Source of the DNA: the human T2T-CHM13v2.0 reference genome, Homo sapiens
Length of the DNA: 64,000 nt
Assembly (NCBI RefSeq): GCF_009914755.1
Contig: NC_060932.1
Strand: one strand, 5' to 3'
Under the pieces are notes generated by a model, which did not search any database, was not told where the DNA came from, and saw nothing but the letters and a program-made list of their open reading frames with translations. Both the position numbers and the translations under genes were made by a program. Below are positions 37,290 through 58,150 of the stretch, in pieces (the stretch's first letter is position 1; each line of letters starts with the position of its first letter).

Positions 37290-37681
37290 TAGTAGAGACG
37301 GGTTTCACCGAATTAGCCAGGATTGTCTCAATCTCCTGACCTTGTGATCTGCCCGCCTCATCCTCCCAAAGTGCTGAGATTACAGGCATGAGCCACCATG
37401 CCCAGCCAGTCATCTCCTCTTTTACATAGTGGGTTTTTCCTCACTTGTGTGTCCATGGCTTGCTGTCCTCAAACTATAAAGATACCAACCTGGAGGTTGA
37501 GCCAATATGGGAAGGGAACAAGGAGAAACAATGAGGAAGAGGAGCCAGAGAGTCAGTCTGGGGACTGAGGATTTGCCTTTTTGCCACAAGCTCTGGATAG
37601 ACAGCTGATGTCAGGTGTGGCCAGTTGAACTCATTCGACCAACAGTTGTTGGACTCCTGCATGCTTGCACTCTCCCTCTCT

Positions 37682-37872
37682 CATATATATATTATATATA
37701 TATTCATATAATATATATATCATATATAATATATATATATTCATATATAATATATATTCATATATTATATATATTCATATATAATATATATTCATATATA
37801 ATATATATATTCATATATAATATATATATTCATATATAAATATATAAATAAATAAATATATACATATATATA
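37682..37872. repeat. AT-rich (TA)n/TTCATATATAA low-complexity repeat
   Basis: About 190 bp almost exclusively A/T. Confidence 0.95.
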
Positions 37873-37893
37873 TGGGCCCTGTGTGTGCAGTGA

Positions 37894-38153
<260 letters not shown>

Positions 38154-38398
38154 TGACATCAAGGGATCCACCCGCCTCGGCCTCCCAAATGCCTCTTAGA
38201 ATTTAGATTCCACTCATTCAACTCCTGACTCCTCTACTTTCTGTGTGACCTCAGGCAAGTTATGAATCTCTCAAGATTTAGTTTCCTTATCTGTACATTA
38301 GGGTTAACAATTGTACATATCCTGTAGGGTAGTTCTTAGGTTTAAATGAATATATGTTAAGCTGTCATCATCGTGACTCACTGAGTGGTGAATACTTT

Positions 38399-39292
<894 letters not shown>

Positions 39293-40058
39293 ACTTCATT
39301 CTATCAGTCAGTCTTTGTATATGATGAACCACCACTTTCCAATTTGGCTGTGAGGGGTTGCTGTATGTCTGGCCTACTTGAGGCAGAATGTCATTATTTT
39401 GAAAAGCCATTCACTGATTAATTAGGAGATACTGTGTACTCTCTCCATTAAGCGCTGTGCTTGGAGCCAGTGACATAGAGATGAATAAAACTGAGTCCTG
39501 CCCACAATGGGATCACTATCTGGTGACACAGATACAGAGAAAACAATGTCAGTGCTGTTTACTGAGTGCTTAGATAGAAATAAGGGTTTTTATGGGCACA
39601 CATAGGAGAGGCAGCCACCCTCATTTGAGGATGTGGGTTGAGGATTGAACAGGGTGACTAGGAAGGTAGGAGCAGGGATGCCTAAGGGAGTGTTAAAGAA
39701 TGAGCAGGAGTTAATGTGTGGATGGAAGAACAGAAGCCTCCCTTAAGCTTTTTCTCTACTTAAGCATGTTCATTTACATTTTAGTTTTCTTTGAGGACTT
39801 GCTGGATTGCCCTGGTTGGGAAGAGGCATCTTATGGAACCAATGAAAAAAGACTGAAGGGTTCGGGAGGCTCATGGGGTCCTTGTCATCTCAGTCCAGCA
39901 ATTTGTATAAGCTCTAAAGGCTTCCCATGCAAGCTTCAGTATTAGTTGCCAGTCAATGCAGCCACCTGATAGAGATATTGTGATTTTTAAAAAATAGTAA
40001 TTTTTAAAAACTCCCTCAAACTTGAGCTGCTTTATTAACTTTGTAATTTAAAAAATTA

Positions 40059-40466
<408 letters not shown>

Positions 40467-40639
40467 CTACCCTGGGCATACATGTGACAAAATCCAATAT
40501 ATATCATTCTGAACAGCCTCAGGGTACAGCCACTTTATATTGCACAAGCTGTAAAAGTAGTCATTTTCAAACTCAACTATTATTTAAAATGATTACAAGC
40601 ATTTAAAATGTTTAAAATAAAGATCCAACCCTGTTCACT

Positions 40640-41300
40640 TGGGAAACAGTTGTGGCAGTTCCTTAAAGTGTTGAACATAGGGTTAGCATATTACCCAGCA
40701 GTGAATTAACCAAATAAATAAGACATATGTGATAGAGGTATATATACCCAAGAGAATGCAAACATATGTCCACACAAAGGCTTGTGCGTGAATATTTGTA
40801 GCAGCATTATTCATAGACAAAATGTGGAAACAACCCAAAGTCCATCAACTGATGAGTGGTTAAACAAAATGTCATATATATACAATGGAATCTGTAAAAA
40901 GGAATGCAGTACTGATACATGGTTTCTGGATGAACCTTGAAAACATTATGCTGAGTGAAAGAATCCAGTTGCAAAAGGTCATTTATTGTATGGTCCCATT
41001 TATATGAAATGGCCAGAATAGGCAAATCTATAGAAACAGAAAGTAAGTTCCCAGGTGCTGGGGGGAGTGGAGAATGGAGAATGACTGCTAATAGGTACTG
41101 GGTTGATTTTGTGGGAAGATGAAAATGTTCTGAAAATAGATGGTGGTGATGATTGCACAACTCTATAATATATGAACCAGCCATTTAATTGTATATTTTT
41201 AAAGGGTGAATTTCCCTACTTGCTTCAGCAACATATATACTAAAAGGGTGAATTTTATAGTATGTGAATTATATCTCAATAAAGCTGTTAAAAAAAAAAA
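40640..41300 (+). mobile_element. Old L1 (L1M) 3' end
   Basis: L1 3'-UTR motifs ending AATAAAGCTGTTAAAAAAAAAAA. Confidence 0.8.
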
Positions 41301-41359
41301 GCAAAGAACTTGGAAACACTTCCTACAGGAAGGAACACCAGAGCTGCATTTTATTATTT

Positions 41360-42478
<1,119 letters not shown>

Positions 42479-43350
42479 CTAGAGCTGAATTTTGAATAGA
42501 ATCAACTATGTAAAGGCAGAGGAAGTGAGGGCCCCTTAACCTCTTCTCCAAGATAAGCTATTTGTCTCATTGAAACTTTCTTTTGAATCTTACAGTTACC
42601 ATTGTGTGTTTCCTATAGGCCCTTCTCCAGATTCTCCAAGTTGTTCCCAAGAACCTTTTCACTGGGGCCCAGAATTGACTCACAGTATCCATCCCAATTC
42701 CCCTTTCTCTTAAAAAGGAGAAGCTGGAAAACTCAAGTACTAAATTTCCCAGCCTCTCTTGCACAGATAGTGACCATGTGAACCAGTTCTGGCAAGGAGC
42801 TGCAGGCAGAGGTCCCCGGGGAGGGCTTTGGGTCTCTGACCCTGGAGATGTAGCAGCCATCTCTCCAAGCATGCTAAGACTGGCAGAGCAGCATTGTAGG
42901 ACTGATTTCTTAAGGGGATCTTTGATCAGCTACACAGCCCTGAAATGTCTATCTCTGCACTTGTCATGTGAAAAAATAAAAAAATAAAATAACCTGCAAT
43001 CCCACCCCCAAGTCTATTTAAGTCACTGTGCGAATTTTTTTTTAACTTACAGGCAAGAAATATTTCTACCTGATATTCTGAGTACTAGATTAACCAAATA
43101 AATTAGACATATATAATAGAAGTGAGTAAATAAAAACTGAGTGGGAATGCTCACAGAGCTCATACCACCCAAAACAGGGCATCTTGAAATCAGTTCTTTT
43201 TTTCAGGTGTTTCATCGGTTAATGCTTCCATCCAGTGAAATAAAAACTTCATTCAGCCTTGAAATTAATTTATCCATGACTCCAAGGACTGCGTTTGGTC
43301 TTTTTTTTTTTTTTTTAATCAAAGTGATAGATACTCAATAATGGGATTCG

Positions 43351-43424
43351 TTCCCTGAACAGGAATCTAACTCAGGCTGTAGCCATAAAAGCACAGAAGC
43401 TTAGTTACTAGACCACAGGCTGGA
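43351..43424 (-). pseudogene. Degenerate tRNA-Glu(TTC)-derived sequence
   Basis: Reverse complement TCCAGCCTGTGGTCTAGTAACTAAGCTTCTGTGCTTTTATGGCTACAGCCTGAGTTAGATTCCTGTTCAGGGAA aligns end to end with tRNA-Glu-TTC, largely via CpG-type transitions. Confidence 0.7.
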
Positions 43425-43439
43425 GTGTTGTTTTGTCTC

Positions 43440-44045
43440 TTTTCCCTTCTGTCTCTTCTTGCCCTTTCATAAATGTTTTTGGGCCCCAATCATGTGCCAG
43501 ACACTGTGGCAACCACTGGGAGTAAAATAGCCAACAAAACAAGACTCAATCCCAGACTCCATGGACCTTATACTCTAATGAGAGGGATAGGCATTTATCC
43601 AATAATCACACACCACATACAACATTTCATGTAACAACTTGCATTCTAGTAAATGCTGTGAGGAGAGGTTCTCGGGGTGCAATTGGAACCTATGACGGGT
43701 TGGCCTGGTCAGAAAGGTCAGGGCAGTCTTCCCTGAGAATTTGATGACTTAGCTGCGAGCTGAATGGTGAGTAGGAATTAATGAGTGGCTAAAATGGGGA
43801 ACAGCTTTCCAGGCTCTGACAGTGTGTGCAAGTGCCATGTGGAGGAATTTGAGGGGCCAAAATGAAGGGTAGGGTGGATGGAGAGGAAAGAGTAAGGGGT
43901 GAAGGAATGTTAATTAGGCTGCAGAGTTAAGTGATGGTCAGATCAGGCAGGGGGCAATGTAGGCTATATTAAGAACACCATCCCAGCAGCAATGGGATGT
44001 CATTGAAGGGTCTAAGCAAAAATGTGACATGGTTAAATATGTGAT
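43440..44045. mobile_element. L2 fragment
   Basis: L2 3' motifs (ATGTGCCAGACACTGT; GGTCAGGGCAGTCTTCCCTGAG). Confidence 0.6.
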
Positions 44046-44239
44046 GTCTTGCAAATTCAGTTTATCAAAATCCTAGTATTCTAAAACATTTAAAAATATA
44101 CTCAACACATACACTAACCCCTAATATTCCTTCATCTGCCCACCCTCATTTCCAACAACTGTGGTGACATGGGATTGTACAAGGAGTTGGTTTTGTATAC
44201 ATAATTCATAGTCAATAAATTTTTCGTTTACGTTCATGG

Positions 44240-46520
<2,281 letters not shown>

Positions 46521-47149
46521 AAAAGTATTTGGAAGTTTATAATTACTTTCTACTTAAATTTACTAGCTGTCACAATCATTACTGAAGAAATTCACTCTTG
46601 CAATAATATACATATGTACTTCATTTGACACAGAATTTCAACATGTAAAGCATATAAGAATTTCTTGCCACAATCATGTTTAGAATGCTTACCTATAAGG
46701 TGAATATTAAAATATTAGTAAATACAATGACTTTTTTCAGATTAGACATGATAAATAACCTGCAAGGTTACTTGACCATTGGTCACACAGAATTTCAGAG
46801 AGATCAGAACCAGTGTCAAAATAGGTATTTGTCTTTTTGGCTTTTTAAAGGTCAAGGTTGAATCAAGGGTAAACGAAAATATTGCATGAACATGAAGCTA
46901 AAATTGAATTTTATGTAACACAACAACAGCACTGGGTAAATAGAGATAGGTGGATAGACAGACTGTCTCAGTTTCTTTTTAATAATTTTTATTTTTTTAA
47001 TCGAAGCTTTACACATAATTTAAAAACTCAAAGGTAACAAAACCTAATATGAAAAAAGCCCACCATGATGAAGCAGCTGTTCTGCAGGTGTTTTGCCCTC
47101 ATTCTGTGTGTCTACTTTCAATTCCAAATGGGCTTATATGACCAAAGAG

Positions 47150-50330
<3,181 letters not shown>

Positions 50331-51904
50331 GCAGGGTAAACATCTCCAAATACTGGCTTCTCTATAAAAGCAATGAGAACACAGGCAAAAATGGTCAGTC
50401 AACTTTTTCAGAACTCTAGAAAGTAACTAAAAGCTTGAAATAATCTGAGGTGCCTCTATTTGAGAAAAACAGCTAAATCTTGGTAAACAGGGAAGCATTT
50501 TAACTTGCCTTATTCCCAGCCCCCACCTCTTAATACAATGATAAATAGTAATGGTGACAGTGAGCAACCTTCTTACTCTTAACTTTAGGGAGAATGCTTC
50601 CAGCATGTTTCACCATTAAGTGATATGCTGTCCTTTGTTAAGCAGTATCCAGAGTCCTATTATATTGTTGGCTTATCATGTTTCCCACTGCACTCTAGTG
50701 TCACTTTTCTAATGAATCAAGTGACCCTATATGTGTGGAGTTTTTCTAGACTTTCTGTTCTGTTCTGTTCCATGGGTCAGTTTTTCTATCCATGCACCAA
50801 TACTATCTCGTCTTCATTACTATAGCTTAGAATAGGTCCTGATGTCTCACAGTATAAATCCTTCAACTTTGTTTTTTAAGACTGCCTTAGGTATTCTTGA
50901 CCTTTTCCAGTTTCTTAGGAATTTTAAAATTGGCTTTTTGATTTTTGGAAAAAAGAACCTGCTGAGATTTTTTTTTAATTGAGATTACATAGAATATATA
51001 GGTCAACATCTTTACAATACTGAATCTTCCATCTTGAAGTTTTATTATATCCAGTTGGGTGTAACTGTGAAATGAGAAGCAATTATCAGAAACCCGGATT
51101 ACAGGATCCCACCTAAGGTGAAAGGTCCTATACTTCCCATCAGTGGGATACTATAGCCATCTTCTCTGGGCTCTCTGCTTTGACAGATGTTTTCAACTTA
51201 AGTATTACCTGTATTCTTCCTCTCAGCAGTATCTCAGTCCTCAGATTATGCTTGACCGTCACCGAAGATGAACATATTTTATCATTCACTCATATTCTAA
51301 TGTAAATTAAGTCCTACTTATTTCATACAATAATTCGAACTAATATCTTCACAGCACTCCTGAGTCATAAATGGAGTCACTGCAAAGTGCTGTGCACTGC
51401 AAAGTGCTGTGTGTAGTAACAGGGGTTCCAATGAGTGTATCTCCTACAATTGGTTTACTACATGCTATACTAGGTATTTAAGATGTATTGCTTTAATTCT
51501 TGTAAAAAAGCAAGAGAACATACTTGCAGAGGATCAGATCTTAGGCTCTGGAATCAGAAAAATATGAATCAGAAACCTGGCTCTGCCACTACTATTGACT
51601 GATTAGTTCTGTGTCCTTGGACAAGTTTGGTGAGGGCTAAATTGGATAGTGCATGTCATGTATTTCATATCTTATGTGGCAATATTCTTTTCCCCAAATG
51701 ATACTAAAGATTAGACAGCTTAAATACTTTGCCTCAAGACACAGAACTAGAAAGAGGCAGAAGAGGGCTAGCATACTGCCAAGCACATAGAAAGTATTCA
51801 GTAAATGTCTGCTGAATGAACAAACCACAGTCAGTATATACTCAACATTTACTTCAAATACCACTATATTCTCTGTTGTTTCCTTTAACTTATGCAACAA
51901 ACTT

Positions 51905-52545
51905 AAAATATTTTTTATTTCCATAGGTTTTTGGGGAACAGGTAGTATTTGGTTTCACAGGTAAGTTCTTTAGTGGTGATTTGTGAGATTTTGGTCTACC
52001 CATCACCCAAGCAGTATACACTGAACCCAATTTGTAGTCTTTTATCCCTTACCCTCTTCCCACCCTTTCCCCGAGTCCCCAAATTCTATCATGTCATTCT
52101 TATGCCTTTGCATTTTCATAGCTTAGCTCCCACTTATGAGAACATATGATATTTGGTTTTCCATTCCTGAGTTACTTCACCTAGAATAATAGTCTCCTAT
52201 CTCATTCAGGTCGCTGCGAATGCCATTAATTCATTCCTTTTTATGGCTGAGTAGTATTCTGTCATATATTTATACCACAGTTTCTTTATCCACTCATTGA
52301 TTGATAGGCATTTGGGTTGGTTCCACATTTTTGCAATTACGAAGTGTGCTGCTATAAACATGCATGTCCAAGTATCTTTTTCATGTAATGACTTCTTTTC
52401 CTCTGGGTAGATAACCCAGTAGTGGGAATCCTGGATCAAATGGTAATTCTAGTTTTAGTTCTTTAAGGAGTCTCCACACTGTTTTCCATAGTGGTTGTAC
52501 TAGTTTACATTCCCACTTCTACATACACAGCAGTGTAGAAGTAGC
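51905..52545 (-). mobile_element. L1PB-like 3' end
   Basis: ORF2 C-terminus remnant WNQPKCLSINEWIKKLWY plus 3' UTR. Confidence 0.85.
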
Positions 52546-52734
52546 AAAAACAAACTCTTACTATTTATTTGGCATCTACAAAACCAGAAAATTCAAATAG
52601 AATTTTGATGGGCACATCTGAATTTACTTTAATGAGAAGAGAAAAACCATAAAGTAATTTAGGATAAGAGATCAATTGCAGTAATTCCCAGGGTCTGAGA
52701 AAAAGTTATGGCATATATTTTCACCATCAATCCT

Positions 52735-53412
<678 letters not shown>

Positions 53413-53574
53413 CTACCCTTCCTACCAGTATCCCTATCTTCCACTTGAAGAAAATACATATTAGTAGAAGTGGGGAGTGAAGGGGTTAAATCCAAGTGCA
53501 TGTTTCCTACTGCCTCCTCCCACTACAGAAGCTAGGGTGCAGATACATGATCCAATAAGCTTGACCAATTGGAT

Positions 53575-53958
53575 GGTGATGTAATTTGGATCTCCCCTGC
53601 AAATCTCATGTTGAGATGTAATTCCCAGTTAGAGGTAGGGCCTGGTGGTGTTTGGGTCATGGGGACTGATCCCTGATGGCTTGGTGTTGTCCTCACCATA
53701 GTGAGTTCTCATGAGATCTGATTGTTTAAAAGTGTGTGACACCTATCCCCACCCCCTCGCTCCTGTTTTTGCCATGTGAAGTGCCTGATCCTACTTCACC
53801 TTCCGCCATGAGCAAAAGCTTCCTGAGGCCTCCCCAGAAGCAGATGCAGGCACTAGGTTTCCTGTACAGCCTGTAGAACCGTGAGCCAATTAAACTTCTT
53901 TTCTTATAAATTACTCAGCCTCAGGTACTTATAGCAATGCAAGAATGGCCTAATATAG
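53575..53958 (+). mobile_element. MST/THE1-type MaLR LTR
   Basis: CAAATCTCATGTTG ... GCAATGCAAGAATGGCCTAATA. Confidence 0.75.
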
Positions 53959-54229
53959 GTGGTCTCTCCTGGGACTTGAAATCTTGAGGAATAATGAAAA
54001 TAACCCCTTAATAAATTCCCTTTTTGCTTAAGATAACCCAGAAGAATCAGTTTCTGTTGTAGGAAACAAAGACTTCATTAATGCAAATGTCAAGAGAAAA
54101 TTCAAACTAGTTTTTACACATCCTACCTGTAAAAGTTTTGAAAGCTACTAAAAGGCTTTCTGAGCTGTTAAATCTGAAGGATTTATAACAGATTGTTATT
54201 TTCAAACACGAGTATTCTATGTATACAGT

Positions 54230-54271
54230 TTGTGTGTGTGTGTGTATTCACACACACACACACACACACAC
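54230..54271. repeat. Adjacent (TG)n and (CA)n microsatellite
   Basis: TG run, a short spacer, then a CA run. Confidence 0.9.
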
Positions 54272-54394
54272 TCATGAACCACACTGTGCAGACTCAATAT
54301 AAATGTACACCTGAGTTGTGCAACATTCAAATCAATGCAGAAATCAAGCAAAGATTAGATTCAGTGAATTGTAGCTATTTCTTGGAAACATTAC

Positions 54395-55003
<609 letters not shown>

Positions 55004-55146
55004 GGAAACATCTTTTATCTTAAAAATTCCTAAGCATCCTATAAATTACCTCATTACTATAAATTTAATTTTAACGTAGTATTTTAACACAGTTGCCAGG
55101 ACCTCATTCAAACCTTCATTTTATAGATGGAGAAAGAGAGCTCACA

Positions 55147-55343
55147 CAGGGGTGTCCAAGGGAGATAATACAGTCATGGGTTCTTAGTTTCCGCTTCTGG
55201 TTGGGTCAGTAAATACCTCCTCATCTCTCTTTTCCGCTTATCACTAGAAACAGAAACTAAAAACCATGGCTTCAGGCTGTTAACAGCCTAAAACAAAACA
55301 GAACAACAACAGTAACAAAATAAGGTGGGTTGGACAAGTTTGG
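55147..55343. mobile_element. MER30 hAT MITE (internally deleted)
   Basis: CAGGGGTGTCCAA start and ...GGTTGGACAAG end. Confidence 0.65.
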
Positions 55344-56791
55344 CAGAGAGCCTGCTTGGAGAAGCTGTGTGAAAAAAAAAAAAAGACTGCCACCGCTCCT
55401 GAAAGTTCTCGGCCCAAGATGGAATTTAGTCAAAGAAACTCTTACACTAATAAAATTTGTACATCAAATTAAGATCAGGGACAGTTAAAACATTAATAAA
55501 GACTGAAGCATTTGTTCATTTAAAAAATTTTATTTAATATTTACATTTATTTTTAAAATAAAAATTAGAGGAAAGCCCATGAACTCATTTTCCATGAACA
55601 TAATATAATAGTACTCACCTATCTCCTCTACCCAACTTGTGTTTTAGATGAGTCCTTTTGGATCTTTTTCCCCATAATGGCCTCTCTCCTTTTGCTTTAC
55701 AGTGCAATCAGGGCAGAATAACAGATATGTTGAGTAGCTAATTTATATTTCTGAAGATCTCCATAGAACTCTTAAGTTCTAAGTCTTCATAGTCTTTGCA
55801 CCTTGCCAAGTTTGCTTTCCTTTGGGAATTCTGTCATAACCACAAGGTTATTCCCCAGACATGCAGTTTGGGGAAATTAACCCGGCAGTAGTAAACAGAC
55901 TGGATTAGAAAAGGTGGCAGTCGTAATAAGGATATTCCAATAACCGGGGAAAGCTACAGAAGGATCTTGAGTTAGGATGATGACAGTTACAATAGAAAGG
56001 AGACCAGTACAAGAGACGGTGAAAACAGAATGGATACAATTTAGTTGAAGAATTGGCTGTGGGTGAAAAGAAGAAATCAAAGATGCCTGAAGTTGTGAGT
56101 TTCAGGTAGCCCTGAGTTTATAATCCTAGTTCTGACTCGTACTATCTTTGGATATACTAGCTGCTGACTACTAACTGAACAAGGTAGTAACCTGGTCATC
56201 TTGTAACTTACCTAAGTCTGTTTCCTCCTCTATAAAACAAACTATCAAAATAAAGCCGATGAAAAGATTGAAGTAAAACATAAAACCCTTAGCACAGTGC
56301 CTAGTATCCATTAAGCAGTAGATAAATGATGGCGGTCATTATTAGGGAGTAGGGTAAAGAACAGAAGGTTAAAAACATGAGTAGCAGTAAGGACTTTTGG
56401 GTGGGGATTCGGTCTTTCTACTACACATTACACATACCTCTAAGCAGAGAAAGGGGTTGGAGGGGAGTTTGATAATGTGACTAATAATCCTCCTCCCCCT
56501 GGGGGGGATCTTGATAAAGGATAGCCACCCACATGGAGGCCTAATATAAACTGGATTGCAGAATGCACTTGAGCTGGGAGCCCAAGCGGGCCAGGCTTCT
56601 TGATTCCTATTTTATCCCCTTTAACCTAGGATAGCTAGGTCTATAGTGCAGACTCAGACCTAACTTACACTTTCATTTGCAGCTGAAGTTTCGGAACAAA
56701 GACAAAGATAGCCAGATCATATTAATTACACGGATAGGCAAGAAAGCATGAGCCCTGAGGAGGAAGGAAGGGACTGTCCAGGTGTACTTAC

Positions 56792-57250
56792 CTCAAAGAT
56801 GAGAAATATCAAAGACAGGAAACCCTAGGTTCTTGCCCTTCAGTCGCTATCTCCTTGCCATTAGTAAAATGCGGCCGATGAATGTCCTCACTTCTGTCCA
56901 TCTGGGCAGGAGGTGGGAAGGGTGACGTGCAAATGGATGGGAGGAACCCTTTTTTCGGCAGCACCCACCACACCCAGCCTAGTGCCACGCACCGCAAGCG
57001 CTCCATAAACGCACACAGCGTCGCCTCTACCAGGATCCCGGGCGGCCTTCGCGGGATTTCTCCTGGCGTCGGCTTTCAGACTCCCGAGGGTGGGATAAAT
57101 CGAGAGGGTGGCATCCTTTGGCTTTTCTTCTCCCAGGCAGCTCTGAACCATGTTTATGCAACGTTTAATGGGCTCTAATAAAACGGCTAATAATTTTGAT
57201 CCGCGGAAGCACCGACTCGCTCGCTAAGCCGAGTCTGCGAGGGTGAAGCT
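56792..57250 (-). ncRNA. Probable first exon of the divergent lncRNA (RNF139-DT/RNF139-AS1)
   Basis: Consensus minus-strand donor AG|GTAAGTA at 56793-56785 just outside the CpG island. A divergent transcript is known at this locus; the 5' end is approximate. Confidence 0.5.
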
Positions 57251-58150
57251 GCAACTCCAACGCCGGAAAGCGCGGCTACCGAAAAGCGCATGCGCCACGG
57301 GGTGGCACGAAGCTAGAGTAAGCTGAGGAGGTGGGCGGAAACCATGGCAACCATGGGTGATGACGACATGGGGAGCGTCTCTAGCGCTGGATTATGACGC
57401 TGGATTATGACGCAGGCAGTGGGCGCGGACTCTGCGGTTCGCTTGACTGACGGCGCAGCCTCCGGGCCTAGCCACAGCAGCAACGGCAGAGGCCAGCGGG
57501 CGAGGTCAAGATGGTGGCTCCGCGGGCGGGGGAGGCAGTGGAGGGAGGAGGAGTCAGACCTTAGCCAGCCGGAAACACCGAAACCCAGAGACCTCCTGGG
57601 GAGCCGCCGCCGCCGCCGCCCTCTCGGCCATCGCTGCCTCCGCCGCCTGCTCCACCTCGAGGGACGCGAGCGGGCGGCGGGGCTGGCCGTGAGAGAGACA
57701 GGAGAGGAAGGAGGGCAGGGGCGGAGTTGCCCGCCTTAGCCCCCGCCCCCGGCCGCGGCCCCGGGCCCTGCCCCGCGCGGCCCTGCCCGGCCCACCGAGC
57801 CCTGGTGTGGCAGCGGCTCATGGCGGCCGTGGGGCCCCCGCAGCAGCAGGTGCGGATGGCCCATCAGCAGGTCTGGGCGGCGCTCGAAGTGGCGCTCCGG
57901 GTGCCCTGCCTTTACATCATCGACGCCATCTTCAACTCCTACCCGGATTCCAGCCAAAGCCGGTTCTGCATCGTGCTCCAGATCTTCCTCCGGCTCTTTG
58001 GTAAGGGAACAGGGTACCGTACGTCCCGGGACGGCTATGCGGGCCGAGACGTTCCCCGGGGAGCGGGCAGGCGCGCAGAGGCCATGGGTCGAGTATGTGT
58101 CTTTGGGAACTACAGTTTCATCCCTCAAAGGGTCGTCTTTACGGGTTGGG
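56900..58150. promoter_or_regulatory. CpG-island bidirectional promoter of RNF139 and its divergent lncRNA
   Basis: Very high GC/CpG. NRF1 GCGCATGCGC 57286-57295, RFX-like CCATGGCAAC 57342-57351, YY1-like CAAGATGGTGGC ~57507-57518, ETS CCGGAA sites, GC boxes, (GCC)6 at 57603-57620. Confidence 0.9.
57820..58000 (+). CDS. RNF139: RNF139 (TRC8) sterol-sensing RING E3 ligase, coding exon 1; the remainder of the gene lies beyond the window
   Basis: MAAVGPPQQQVRMAHQQVWAALEVALRVPCLYIIDAIFNSYPDSSQSRFCIVLQIFLRLF, followed by donor G|GTAAGG at 58000/58001 (phase 1). Confidence 0.95.
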
